64,000 nt of DNA from Vezdaea acicularis (Eukaryota). The stretch's first letter is position 1, and the number at the start of each line of letters is the position of its first letter. The DNA lies in the NCBI GenBank assembly GCA_026025075.1, contig JAPEUI010000006.1:124001-188000 (forward strand). Reading direction: 5' to 3'. The notes under the pieces are model-generated. The model saw nothing but the letters and a program-made list of their open reading frames with translations, was not told the origin of the DNA and did no database searches. The position numbers and the translations under genes were made by a program. This document shows positions 23,884-37,068 of this stretch, in pieces.

Positions 23884-26800
23884 ATGTCACTCTACGTCTA
23901 CATTGCCCATACGGGCCAGCTCCTAAGAGCGGACCCGGTGTCGTTTACTTCGTAAGCTTCCCCTTGCCCGCAAAGCTCTGCGCTCGAGGCGGTTCCCTTC
24001 GGAGACTCATGTGGAGATCAATGCGACCGTGCTGATGGATTTCGAATAGGCTGGAGGCTTTCACATCATGGGTCGAGCGCAAGACTTCGGTGCCTGCGCA
24101 GAATCAAATCATCATGACTGCGAGGGGCAAGCAGGTCAAATTGCAATCTCTCCTGACCGAGGTTCGAGCTCTCCACCATGCATGCGGAGGAAAGCATAAG
24201 CCATTCTGACTGCAGCGTAGCAAAACATCTTCGTTTTCGACCGCCAGCTCGCCCTAGGCCCAAAGTCGGGATCGGCCACGTCGGCGGTACCTCAGACGCC
24301 CCTACCTCCTGATTTCCGCGCAAAACCTCCGCCGGATATCCTCTCGTCGCACACGGATCTCCAGGCATGGCAGACCTTGTTCAAGTCGCGAAGGGGGTGG
24401 GCTTCGAATCTGGAAGAGGAGAATATGGCGATGTTGAACAACATTCGGCGGCAGGTCAGCGAGACGGGGAATCTTGAGAGAGCTTTGAATGTCGCGATGC
24501 TGAACTTGAAGATGCATATTGCTTCTCTTGAAGCGACTTATAAGGATGCACATAACTGGGCTGGAGGCGTCTTGAAGGATCAAGAGGCAAATACGTCTGG
24601 GTGGGAAGGCTCATTTTCAAAGCTCGGCAGGATCGTCGTGCGGAGGGATATATTGGACTTTTGCTACGAGAGAGGTCTCAAGTCTACAAACAAGCCGCAT
24701 CAGAAAGCGGCAGGGCCGCAGTATAATCAAGAGTTGACTTTACAGGACTTTTTCGACAGCAGGGAGGTCAAGCAGGCGGCATCTGCCAGCGGATCTCTAG
24801 CCCAAGAATTCGGCAACAAGATCGCCGAGATCGACAGTATAGTGAACAAGATTTTTGAAAGCAGCGATGAGTTGACAGAGAGAGTGAACCTCGGTCTCAC
24901 AGCACCAACGCAGGAGACTGGGGAAGCGGCCGAACGTCTCATTGAAGAGGTCCAAGTCCTGTCGAAGAAAGTGAGTTCGGACTACGACCATGTCGCTAGC
25001 CTGGACGACAGGTCTGCTAAATCGGTCCCTCAAGCGTCGAAAATGGCACTCTTACATACGAAAAACTTCCTGGTCTTGTTGCAAGAGCATAGTGCTGAGA
25101 TGAGTGACTTGGTTCAAGAGGCGATCTCACGGAAGAATTCCGCCATCGCAACTGCGGTTCAGTATCTACGGACTATTGGTGCGATCGAATCCATGCTCTC
25201 AACCGTCAACCCTCAACTTGCTTCGCTTGACCTGGGAGAGGATGCAAGTGCGCTGCTCGAACTCCTTGGTCTAATCCCAGCAATGCCGTTACTTTACGGC
25301 TCAGTACTTGTGGAGAGTGTACGAAGACGGGAATGGGCAAATAAATTAAAGTCGGACTCTTCTACGCTGGCGGAGGAGCTTTCAGTGCTCAAAGACGAGG
25401 AGGAGAGGAGAAGGAAGAGGTGGTCGAGAAACACTGGGGTTCTGTTATGGCAGGATCAGAGCGAAGATGAAAGCCTCAACGTTGAGGTTAATCTGAAAGG
25501 AGACGGCCACCCATGGCCAACTGTTGAGAGAGAAGAAGTGGACAGTTATATCAACGTGCTCAATAAGCAATCCGGCTTAGAGTCAGCAGCGAAAGAAGTA
25601 AAGCAAATGCTCAAAGACCTCGACAAGCCGACGAAGCAGCAAGTAAAGAGGGCAAAAGCGTTCAAAATGGGTAGCATACACGAAGCAAACCTTGGAAGGA
25701 GCTCTCTACTACTGAGGGGCGATGACGAGCTTCACTCTTCATTGAGAAGCGAGAACAGCAAACTCACCGATAAGCTCAAGGGGTCTGAGAGCCGCATCAG
25801 GAAATTAGAAGACTTGCTCCACCGTCAATCGGCCATGAGCCGGCAAGCGAGCGGCAATATATTCCAGGCTTCTGCATTGCAGGCCGAACACCTCGGGATG
25901 CATTCAGGCCCGTACACACCAGTTGCTCAGTCCCCCTTGGTGCCCGATGCATTGTCTCGACGATCATCCGTATCCTCTCGACGCTTCTCGGCAAACCAGG
26001 GGCCTGAAGAGAAGGCTCTTGCGAAACGCATTGTCACACTTGAGGCTGAGCTTAACTCTGAGCGTGAAAAGGCCAAAGGTTTGCAAAAAGAGGCGTTAGA
26101 ACGGCGGGAAAGTGAAGATGAAATTAAGACTCGTATTGAGGAGGCGAATAGTACTAAGAAAGACTTGATGGATAACCTCGATGCCCAACAACGCGAGTTC
26201 ATCGACGAGCGAAGACTCCTCCATCAAGCGATGGATAAGTTGAAAGCCCAGATCGAGGAGGCCGAAGATGATCTGGAGCGCATCGAGGGCAGTCGAGAAA
26301 ACGAGAAGTCGGATGTGGAGCAAAAGCTCCGTGCTGCCAAGGCTGAGATCAAGGAGTCAGCTGCCAAAGCTTCAGAGGACATGCACAAAGCGCAATCGCT
26401 CATCGAAAGCTTGCAAAAGCAACTTGATAGTGGCTTCAACAATCTCGAGCAGATCGATGAACAGCGCCGGCGAGCGGCCGAGGAGAACCAGACGCTTAAG
26501 GCTAGAGTCTTAGACCTCGAAGCACGTGTCCAGCAGAGTGAGAATAAAGATTCCGATCACATCAGAGGTCTACGTGCGGCTCATACGCAGCTAGCACCCA
26601 GCCAAGCTACTCCCGAAGGGATCTCGGCATTGATCGGCGGAGTTGAAGCACTCTCCTTGAAGTCTGCGAACTACGGGAAGAGCTTAGAGAATGCGTTAGC
26701 CATGGCTCGCGCCGACAAAGATGCTTTAGAAACCACAATGCATGAGGTTGAGGCTGATGCCGCGGCTGCGAAGGAGAAGCTCGGCGCCGAAGAGATGGAG

Positions 26801-28309
26801 TCGTTCACTCTCCGGGAGACACTTGCAGAAGAACGTGGGCATGCAACCGCTCTAAGGAGTGAGGTTGAGGACCAGAGATTAGCCCTCTCCAAGCTGCGCA
26901 GCCAAATATCAGACGGAGAGACTGGATCAAAAGCCCTACAAGAGCGCCTATCTGAGCAGGAGCTAGTGAACGCCTCAGTGATGGAAGACCTGGGCGTGAA
27001 AGATGCCCAGGTCAAGTTCCTGGAGAGTGAACTCCACAAACACCAGGGGATGCTAGAAGCCGCGCGGGACTCGCATGCTCAACTTTCCAAACACCACGAA
27101 TCCCGCGGCCTCAAAGCCATAGAACTCTCCCAAAAGCTCCACTCGCACAACGAGCGCCTCGCACGCCTCCTTGAAAGTCTCGGCTTCGCTATCCTCTTCC
27201 AAGACGGCGTCATGACTGTCCAACGTGCCTCCAAAGTAGCCAGTGCTTCCGCTTCCGAAGCCGACCTCAGCTCCACCCTCCGCCGCAGCACCCCCGGCCT
27301 TGGAATCACCCGCGAAGCCGCCCCCGGCGACTCCGTAGACCTCGGCCTGCTCCACTGGACCAGCTCCATCGCCGCTGCCGACGGCTCCGACTCCTCCGAA
27401 GACGAGAAATACGCCGCCTTCATCGCACACACAGCACGCTTCGACCTCTTCACCGACGTCCTCGCCAAGCGCATGAAAGAAACCGAATACGTTGCGCGCA
27501 GATGGCAGAAAGAGGCGCGCGCCTACCGCGACAAGGCACACCGCAGCGCCGGGGAAGCCCACGAGAAGATCGCCTACCGCTCCTTCAAGGAGGGCGATCT
27601 GGCGCTCTTCCTGCCCACACGCAACCAAGCGCAGAAGGCCTGGGCCGCCTTCAACGTCGGCGCGCCCCACTACTTCCTAAGGGAGCAAGAGGGCCACAAG
27701 CTCAAAAGCAGAGAATGGCTGCTCGCGCGGATCAGTGGCATCGAGCCCCGCGTCGTCGATCTTAAGAAGAGCATGGCAGCGGACGCCACAGCGACAGGTA
27801 ACGCGGACAGACGGTCTATCGCCGAAAGCACCGACGACGGCGCCAGTTTCATCGACGACGAGAACCCCTTCGACCTCTCCGACGGCCTACGCTGGTACCT
27901 CATCGATGCCCTGGAAGAGAAACCCGGCGCCCCCACAACCCCCGGACTCGGCAAAAGCAAGAGCACCGTCGCCAGCGCCAAAGTCGACGCCACAGGCAGC
28001 ATCCGCATCCAGAAAAACCCCAGCGCCGCCGCCGCCGGCGCCAGTAAAGCCCTCACCCAATCCCTCGACAGCCGCCGCAGCTCCACCAACAGCCGCAAAG
28101 GCGCCTTACTCCACCCCGTCGGCAGCGGCTCCGCCCTCTCCTCCGAGACGCACCGCCAGCGGGAACACGCCCCGCATGAAAGTCCCGCCGTCGAGACCGT
28201 CCGCGAGCTTGATCTCGGCTTGAATCTCGATACGAGTCCCGCCTCGCCGCCGCCGCACCACGGCCAGCGAACAGAGCAGGTGCGCAGAGAAGACCTCCTC
28301 TGGGATTAG
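23884..28309 (+). CDS. ATG11: Autophagy scaffold Atg11; introns approx. 23952-24049 and 24161-24220
   Basis: MSLYVYIAHTGQ start, long coiled coil and the claw domain IAYRSFKEGDLALFLPTRN...WAAFNVGAPHYFL...ENPFDLSDGLRWY. Confidence 0.96.
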
Positions 28310-28938
28310 ATAAACTTGCGCGCTGACTTTTGGGCCCTCAGGTGGATCCGGTCGTCGTCCCGACCTCGGATACTGCGGACGGTTTGGCACGGCTTTCGGC
28401 GACGGCTTCGCCGCCACCACAGCTTCAGAAGGGTCGTTCCACGCTGTGGGATTCCATGTGGCGCCTTGAGGCGTCGTTGGAGAGGGGCAAGTCTTGAGTC
28501 CCCTGAGTGGTATAGTGTCGGTCGTGTGCTCGTTCTGGGTGCTGTCTTGGGTTGCTTTTTCAAGGTTAGAGCGGGCATCAGTTGGCGTTGCATTGATGTA
28601 TGTGTTTACGCATTGGGAAGGCGCGGTTAGAAGCTCCAGGAGCAGATTTGGGGGGGAGGTTTGCTGCAGTTGGGCAGTGTAAATAGTTCAATATAATTCA
28701 AAAAGCCTTTGATCTTTGCGTAATCAATATTGGCCCCCAAGTTTCATAACGTGGTAAGGTGGGATGGATGTATAGAGACAATCTCGTTTGTATTCAACTA
28801 GACTATCTGATGGCTTGATATCAAACTATAAGGAAGCTACGTCACTTTTCAAATATGTCAAAGTCGCCAATCATGCCGTCGTCATTCTCACCTCCCATCA
28901 CTAACTTCCTCATTCTCACAATTCCATATGGTTCCGAT

Positions 28939-31095
28939 CTACAACTCCTCCTTGACCCTATCGCTCGCCTTCTGTGCCGCCTCTCCCGCTCTGTGAGTCG
29001 CCGCAGTGCCGCCCTCCTTGACGCGATCATAAGCCTTCTCGCCGTGATAGCTGGCCTGGTCCTGGACCTTCTGGCCTCCAACCTTTAGATAATTCAAGAT
29101 CCACGTGAAGAAGGCCTGAACCCTGGCCAAAAGTGTCTGACTAGGCGTGTTTGTACCGTAATAGAAGTAATTGTATTGCCTGCGGGCCAGAGCGCGGAGT
29201 TCGTTGATGTTACTGCCTTGATAGACAGGGATGCCGTAACCGTCAAGGTAAGCCTTCAAGTCGGACTCGGACCAGGTGTCGAAGGTGGAAGCCTTGACGG
29301 AGCCGGTGGCGGTTGCTAGGGCGGAGGTCATGGAAGCGTAGCCTGTTCCGCTAGACTTTGAAGCCGAGCTGTAGAGTTTACCAGCAGATTTGGCGAGTTC
29401 AGCGCGGTTGGTGGCGGCGGATTTTGAGACTTTCTTGCCTTGTGATTCGAGCCATTTCCTAGAGTCTGTGAGCATTTGGTGAGAGAAGCGTAAAAGCGCT
29501 TGACTTACTTCAAATTCTCGGTGGTCCATTCATCAAAAGTCCAGGCGGAATAGCCGCTGGCTGCCTTGTGGGATTGAAGACGTACGGCTGCTACGAGCTC
29601 GTCTTTCTTGCCGGACTGTGGCACTGGGACGCCACGAGCATCAAGATAGGCCTTTAGGCGGCTGTTACTCCACGTGCCAATTGATTTATCAAAGGCATCC
29701 TGTGCAGCTAACCCAGCATCATCGGTAGACTTCGCGTACTGATTGCCTGCCTTGGAAGTTGCTGCACCGTATGCGCTTGCTGCTGAGGCAGAGACATTGT
29801 CGCCGCTGTAATAGGCCTTGTGTTTGCGCGCGAGGGCGAGAAGCTCGTTGCGCTTGGACCCTTGGGGGACTTTAATGCCATTCTTATCAGCCCAAGCCTT
29901 GATGTCGCTATCGCTCCAGGTATCGAAGACGGCATCGCTGACACTCTGCTGTGCACCCTTTGCGGATGCTGAAAGGGATGATGCAGTATCCTGAGCTTTC
30001 AAGCTGGCCAAGCGTGAGTTGCGGCGGACGGAAGCAATGAGCTTGTCGCGGGAACTCGGCTGTGGCGCTGGGATCCCACGCTCGTCAAGCCAGGCTTTCA
30101 AGTCAGATTCAGACCAGCTTTCATAGAGCCAATTGCCGGGGTATGCTGCAGTTTCGCCAACCTTCTTTGCGGCCGACTCATAGTTTGACCGTGCCGAGGT
30201 GAGAAGTGTGTCGCGTGTGCGAGGTTGAGGAGCTGGAATGCCGTGCTTGTCGCAGAATGCCTTCAATTGGGACTCAGTCCAGCTGGTTCAAGTATGTTAG
30301 TGGCTGTAAAGATCCAGGAAGCCAATGATTGCAAACCTATCAAAGATCCAATCCTTTACGCTGTCCCATGCGGATTCGGCACTATCTTCAGTCTCATACC
30401 AGTACTTCTTGACTTGCGTCAAGAGACTGTCCTTGTTCTTCTCAGTACCCTTTTGAACATCGCTGCCCTTTTCCTTGAGATATGCTTGAAGCTGAGCAGG
30501 ATCCCAATCGGCGTAAGGAGAAGCAACCTTGTTTTGCCAATTCTTCTTTACGATGTCTTCAAGATCTTTTCGGTCTGCGGGTGCAGGGTATGGAATATCA
30601 TGGTCTGAGAGCCACCGCTCAAGTTCTGTTTGGTGCCATTTATTATATACTGTCGGGACGAAATGTATTAGCAATGTGAAGGAATCGTCCTCAAAAAACC
30701 CTAGATGGCTGCGCGGCTACTAAAGTGTAAGAGAGAGAATCATGCAAAAAAGCACTGATCCAAGAGAAAAACGATTAGAGCAGAACTTTAGCTCTGTAAT
30801 ATTCAGAAAATACATGGAATGTAGGGTCGGCCATTTCCATTATTGAGAGAGTAAAGCTAGGCAGGTCTCTTTCGAATGACATAAAGAAACTATTCGTCAA
30901 TGGCCGTAGAATGTGGACAACCGTCTCTCGGATGAGTCCATCGAGCCCACGGCTCATTGAATGGGCCAATGCAAACCGCCCACTTCCATCCCTAGACTGT
31001 GTGAAAGGTTACGTACCGGACTTGCTGAACCAGCTGCTTGCAACAGTGACGTCGGCTGCCAGAGCCAGCAAGAGGAATGAGGAGAGGAACTTCAT
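28939..31095 (-). CDS. Ish1/Msc1-family stress-responsive nuclear envelope protein, multi-exon (first intron 30650-31016)
   Basis: Signal peptide MKFLSSFLLLALAADVTVASSWFSKS, repeated WSESDLKAWLDERGIP-type Ish1 repeats and C-terminal KEEL. Confidence 0.9.
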
Positions 31096-32013
31096 GCTGT
31101 GTGATGCGTGACTTCAGTCACTTCTGCTGTAGGGAATTAAATTAGTTGCGAGGAGAGAAAGGACGGAAAACCTTTGGTTCTTGTACCTTGGACAATGACG
31201 AAAACTGTTGATGGGCTGACAAGGATTGCTCGCTGACGTCGTGCCAGGAAAACACCGGAAGGAGCTAGTCTTAATTTGCGAGTAGCCGTAGGCTATGGCT
31301 GACTTCACTTCAAGGAACAATAGAAATTACAGCGCTGGACCAGCGAGGATTAGATCATGTAGGTCAATTGTGATGGAAGAATCTGTAAGTTTATAATTTC
31401 AGCATTTACCATATTTGTACGTCGCCTTGCCCTGCAAGCAAAGGCGCGAGAACCAAGTTCCGGCACGTTCTAGTCACGTCTTCGCGATCTTTTCGGTGCC
31501 CTGACGTAGTTGAGGCGTCAGGGATAGCCGAGCGAGTTAGCGCGCCATTGGCCACAGTAGTCGCGTCTGCCTAGCGCGCTCTAGCCACGTTGAGCTTTGG
31601 ATCGTCTTTGACATGCGGATGTCATCCATAGAGACAGTCACGTGCTTTGGCGACAAGCCTTGCTACGGCAATCGATATGGGTCACTCGATCATCTTGTAA
31701 TTCGAAGTTTGTTCATTCACTAATTCAACATTAAGGACCATGCATTATGGACGTCTGTCAACGTTACATACTCGGGGACTTAGGGCTAGGGCTATGGATT
31801 ACTCGAGCCTTGAATCTTTCCACCAATGCGGAGTCACGTACATGATCGGAGAGATGCTGATTGGATGACTTTCATGCAAGGCTCAACAATATCACATATG
31901 GTGCATTTCACAAAAAGGGAGCCTGGTCGCTCCCATAGTCTGGTGAACATCGAGTGAGCAGTATTCACACTGAGTTGACTCACATACGCACACGCGGCGA
32001 TTCTCAACGAGCC

Positions 32014-32540
32014 ATGGATAAGACTCGCGTCACTCTAGCCCCTTCTTTGAAATACAACACAGGGGCATCGCAAGCTAAGGAGTTATCAGGACTAACGAAT
32101 AGGCAATGGGAGAGACTGAAAGTAAGTTGGACCCTTTCATTCCAAAGAAAATTCTTCAATACTCATTAAAATAGTTTTGGATCCGCGAAATCGTAGAGGA
32201 CAATTTCATAGGGCAGCTGTGGACCGACATCAAATCCAATCAGAGTGACCTCGACATGGCGCGTCGAGCACTGGACAAGAAGGTCGAAATAGACGGGTCA
32301 GATTCTGTAGCGTTCAAAGGAGCCCTCCAGAAGTTTACGGCTCCATCCCTTTGCGAATATCTCTTAAGGACCCGCATGCTCGATGTCAATCGAAAGCGGA
32401 CTTTCGCTGCATTCCAATCGACACCTCTACCAGATGAGCCAAGTGGACGAGGAAGTCCTGACACTGACGCTCCCGAAGTTATAGTAAGACGACAAACATC
32501 GACTTACTTCGATCCTGTCCGTGATGGGTTCAGCCCGTAG
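32014..32540 (+). CDS. Small hypothetical protein; exons 32014-32121, 32175-32540 (157 aa)
   Basis: The GTAAGT..TAG intron joins two ORFs exactly in frame. The product ends YFDPVRDGFSP. Confidence 0.7.
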
Positions 32541-32779
32541 TATCTCGAAGTTTTCTCAGCACCCTACTGAGATGTTAGAGAACCACCCTGGTAGACTAAC
32601 CAGAGTTAACGAAGAGGAAGTAATTGGAGCAAGGTTCATAATCTCATAGACTTCTTTTCGCCCCTATAAAATTCGGTTTTTGTTCCCTAATTGTACTGTA
32701 CAACGTCCAGCCCTATCTTGATCTCGTCGCATCATCACCAAATTCCTTCCAGCCATACTACTTCTAAGACATGTCCGTC

Positions 32780-33295
32780 CTAGTGGCCCGCCCTACCAGA
32801 TCTCCCGCTCCAATACCCTGGGTCCACCTTGGTTTCCTCGCCCTCATATGAATTACTCGCCCTATCATGTCGTTCACTCATCTCCTTGTTATGCTGATGC
32901 GCTTCCTCGCTCACATTGTGTGGCCCTCCTCGTTCATCCAGAATCTTCGGCTGTGCCCCTTGGGTCCGCCCATCCTGTGTTGCGCCATCGTTGCTCCCAC
33001 TTCTTTCATCGCCGCTCTCCCGCTTCCCCCCAGTTGATGTGTGTCCACCAGCCCCCTTAGTCGGACCACCGCCAGAGCCTTGCCCTTCCTCTGGAGGCGG
33101 AGGGCCTGGGTGCTCGAGGGATTCACTCGGGTTTGATCCTTGTTCCTGCGGGTTCGAGGCTTTGGGATCGTTGCCGGAGTCGTCGCCGTATCCTGACGCA
33201 AAACGGACGGTTTGGCGTAAGGGTAGTGGAGTTCGTCGAGTGAGGGGCCGTGTAAGAGCCGGAGCCAACACTGTGATAGGTCTTGAGAGAGTCAT
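32780..33295 (-). CDS. Hydrophilic hypothetical protein with probable mitochondrial presequence
   Basis: Arg-rich, acid-free N-terminus (MTLSRPITVLAPALTRPLTRRTPLPLRQTVRFAS) followed by GYG..DPK..NPQEQG..LEHPGPPPP. Confidence 0.7.
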   Translation of the reverse strand: MTLSRPITVLAPALTRPLTRRTPLPLRQTVRFASGYGDDSGNDPKASNPQEQGSNPSESLEHPGPPPPEEGQGSGGGPTKGAGGHTSTGGKRESGDERSGSNDGATQDGRTQGAQPKILDERGGPHNVSEEAHQHNKEMSERHDRASNSYEGEETKVDPGYWSGRSGRAGH

Positions 33296-33682
33296 ATTTC
33301 TGAAAAGCTGATATGGGCCCGAAAGAGTCGATCCTTGAATTTTGTGATAGGTGGAGTCTAGATGACCGTCGTGTAATAGTTGATCACGGCGCCAGACGAA
33401 GATAAAAGAGGGTCAAGGTAGATGCTAAAGGTGGTTTGTGAATGGTATAAGTTTCTTTCAACGAGGATTGGTTTCCAAAGAAAGCATCAAAGTCTAGATC
33501 TGTATAATCCATTTCCGTCATGACGAGATCAAATGGTGCAAGCTTAGAGTTACGTCATATTCGAGCTCTCGCTTCGGTGGGCCTTAGCTTCTGGAGGTTC
33601 GTCCGGGCGGCAACTTCCGAAGCACGGCACCTTGTTAGCTCAGAAGTATGGATTTAGACTTCCATGCATCCCTTTTCGCAAG

Positions 33683-34714
33683 ATGCCGAAGTCTGCAGCA
33701 AAACGTTCAAAGCCATTACCATCTTCTGCCTCAAAACTTGATCTGGACATCGCGAAACCATTTCTCGAACCTCCAGAAAGCTACAAACCGTTCTACAGCC
33801 GACTCTCCCCAAAGCACGTGTACATCACACATATCGATACCCTCCCCATAGACCAGAAACGGAGTACCTTCACACTTGCATTGGTCCTCAACCTCCTTGT
33901 CATAGCTTTATTAGGTTGGCGCATTCATACGACGACCCCTTTCTATGTCGGTCTCGTACAAGCTTTTGGCGGAGCCAAAAACGAATACTACGTAAACGTC
34001 TCACGAACTGGTTGGCGGGCTCTAGGAAGTTTGGCCATAAGACATGTTGGCGCCATATTTCTGGATTGGTTCCTCTTCTTTTACGTACTGAAATGGCCGC
34101 GGAACTTCTTCATCGGCTATTCTAATCCCTTACTCTGGCGATTGAACCTGGGTTTCCAACCGTCCGAGATCATCATAAGGGCATCGAGGCTTCCAGTTGT
34201 AACGGAGTTTCCCGAATCGATTGAGCCTTCCGCGCCTCTGATGAGGCAGACTATGGGCGCGGCCTCTCCGACATTCCTAGGTGGGCGGACTGGATATCTG
34301 ACCCAAAACGGGGACTTCGACTTGTACTACTCTTTGATGATCGACGCTCATAAAGATGTCGAAGGAAAAGTGCTAGCTATTGATACGTTCAAATTAACAG
34401 CTTGGATACATTTTGCAGGATTGGGATGGATGTACTGGCCCATATATAAGGAGGGAGGTGAAGAGGGGAGGGAGAAGATAATTGCATTCAAGGAACAGCT
34501 TGATAGACTTGGGAAGGAGAGTCTTTTCTTTTCTTGGATTGAGCTGATTCAGCGCGAAACATCACAACCGGGAGGATTCACACCAGAGAGGCAAGATATT
34601 GCGGTACAGAAGGCACGAGAGATGTTCGGAAGAGAAGGAATAGACTTTGACAAGTTCTGGGAACGACTTGGCGGGAGAGACGCCATGCCAGGGATGGAGG
34701 TCACAGTACGATAG
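33683..34714 (+). CDS. Hypothetical membrane protein (2 hydrophobic segments)
   Basis: Intronless ORF from ATG 33683, with motifs VYITHIDTLP and GKESLFFSWIELIQRETSQPGGFTPERQ. Confidence 0.75.
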   Translation: MPKSAAKRSKPLPSSASKLDLDIAKPFLEPPESYKPFYSRLSPKHVYITHIDTLPIDQKRSTFTLALVLNLLVIALLGWRIHTTTPFYVGLVQAFGGAKNEYYVNVSRTGWRALGSLAIRHVGAIFLDWFLFFYVLKWPRNFFIGYSNPLLWRLNLGFQPSEIIIRASRLPVVTEFPESIEPSAPLMRQTMGAASPTFLGGRTGYLTQNGDFDLYYSLMIDAHKDVEGKVLAIDTFKLTAWIHFAGLGWMYWPIYKEGGEEGREKIIAFKEQLDRLGKESLFFSWIELIQRETSQPGGFTPERQDIAVQKAREMFGREGIDFDKFWERLGGRDAMPGMEVTVR

Positions 34715-35644
34715 TTACGAACGGATTATAGCGCTCGCCCTACCCCTGATATGGCTAGCTGTCCTAGGCAAACTTAAGAAAGTGTATCGTGCGCCTCGAG
34801 TCGAGCGCGCTAGCGTCTTTGTGTAACAGCTGGAGCTTTTACACAAGATGCTGCTCACTAATCGTTTGTCAGGGTCCATTACTAGGCCGTCTTCTGATAG
34901 GCGGTCCTTATCTAGTTGAAGGACTCGTTCATGCTGCGAGACTATTACTAACCATCCGTCCATGATGCAGAGTGAGAACGTTCACTCGTCATTCTACTAT
35001 AGGGTATGCAGTGATTGCCCCGCACATATGGGGGGCTGCATGCGCTAAGACGAGCTAGTCAATTTCATTGCTTCGGCGTTTCTCGGCACGCGAGAAGGAC
35101 CACTCTAAAACGCGCGTTCTTCGATATCTGTAAGGCCCCCTCCCCGACTACGGGACTTTATTTGTTTGGGATGCCGAATCTGCCACGAAGAGCCCAGTCT
35201 TTCATGCGACCGGTCACTAATCGAATGCGAGGGAACTCATGAGCTTTCCTCGTGACTTTGCTTCAAAATTGACATTTGTGGCGCGATGCAGAATCCAGCC
35301 CTTTCTCATGTTGAGTCGTGGAACCTTCATGGTCAGTCGGATATAGCGTGCCGCTAGGGGTGGCTTCCTGCTCTTCTTACCTTATGTCCGAGGCAGTCTG
35401 CTTTGAAATCGGATCACGTTGAACTCAAAGAGCTCAGACCATGGATCTATATAAGATTACGGCGGAGTCCTCTCCGAAAAGTCCGCGTTGTTGTCATCTG
35501 CTGCCCACCGTCAAGCCATACAACAAGGTCAAAAATTTTGAGGTTCTAAGATTTTGATATATCTCTGTGTTGATTTGTCAACCTGAAGAAGCAGAACTCG
35601 AAATAACTCTCAACAACTCGAGGACCTTTATATTCAGAAGAGCA

Positions 35645-36783
35645 ATGGCAGGAGATCTAGTTCTGGTCTGTAACTTCTTCAAGCTACCTTCCCCACCTTC
35701 GGTATTACTGACTTGATCGCAGCTCACCGGCGGCACTGGTCACGTTGGCTTTCGAACGCTTCGCCAGGCTCTCGAAAGTGGCTATCGTGTTCGCGCCAGC
35801 GTCCGCGGCCCTGCTGGCGAGCAGAAGATCAAGGCTGCCAAATCGATCCAGCGCTACCTCTCCCAGCTCTCATTCGTTGTAGTTGAGGACATCGAGGCTG
35901 ATGGCGCCTTTGACGAGGCCATCAAGGGCTGCACATATGTAGTCCACATCGCATCCCGCCTCCCTTTCAATTCGGGGGAGGATTATGAGAAGGACATGAT
36001 CAAACCTGCCATTAGAGGCACCATCAGCATCATGACCTCCGCGGCTAAGGCACTCACTGTCAAGCGCGTCGTCATCACCTCCTCAATCGTGGCCTTTGTA
36101 CCCGTCGATGAACTCTCCGCTGACTTCCCGGAATCGCATAAGGTCTGGACCTGTAAGTCGATCCCCCACCTTACCCCCCCTTGAACCTCTACTAAACTTC
36201 GCCAGCGGACAACTACATCCCCGACCCACAAGGCCCTTGGAAGATCCCCGGCGTCGCCTATAAGCACAGCAAGATCCTCGCCCTCAACCACAGCCTCCGC
36301 TTCATGACCGAGAAAAAGCCCCATTTCGACCTCCTCAACATCCAGCCCGCCTTCGTGATCGGCGCCCACGAGCTCATCACCAACCCCGCCGACATCACCA
36401 ACGGCACGAACGGCATGGTGATGGGCCCTGTGCTCGGCGCAAAGCTCGATCGCACAGACGGCAATTACGTGCACATCGACGACGTCGCAAAGATGCACGT
36501 TGACGGCTTGGACAGTAAGATCCCACCAGGCCAGTACGCGGCCTGCGGAAACACCCCCACTGGAACCAATGTTTGGGAGGACTCGCTTGAGGTCGTGAGG
36601 AAGGCTTTTCCGAAAGCCGTCGAGGCGGGCGTCCTGCCTCTTTCTGGGAGCGTCTCGACGAAGGAGGTGCTAATTGATGCGAGCGAGTCGGAGAAGGTGT
36701 TTGGGTTCAAGTTCAAGAGCTGGGAGGATGCGATTAAGAGTGTGGTGAGCCATTACTTGACGCTGGTTGCGCCGAAGGCGTAA
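35645..36783 (+). CDS. NAD(P)-dependent epimerase/reductase (Gre2/aldehyde reductase 2-like extended SDR), 2 introns
   Basis: The spliced N-terminus MAGDLVL/LTGGTGHVGF carries the Rossmann motif. Also VKRVVITSSI, catalytic YKHSK and YVHIDDVAKMHV. Confidence 0.9.
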
Positions 36784-37068
36784 GGGGTTAGGGGCTAGGG
36801 GTTGAATGATTATATAACGCGACGCGTCGTGATCGTAATTAGAGTATTGAATCACTTTGAACTTGAGAACAGATTTTCATGTCTAAGTGGGGGATACTTT
36901 TGACCTTTTTCTATTTTATAGTAGTAACCATACGTGTTGTTAAACGGCTGCATATCTTCGTGATATACTTTAGACTTGCACATCTTCACATAACGCCTAC
37001 AGTCACCCTCCGAAACTCCTAGGCCCAACTTCCCTTCACAATCTACACCCGAGCCACTAAGTCCCATG

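Noticed and set aside
36781..36803. TAGGGG-like repeats (also ttagggctagggct near 31780) as telomere relic or telomerase template
   Set aside because: Only 2-3 degenerate units and no clean TTAGGG array or template.
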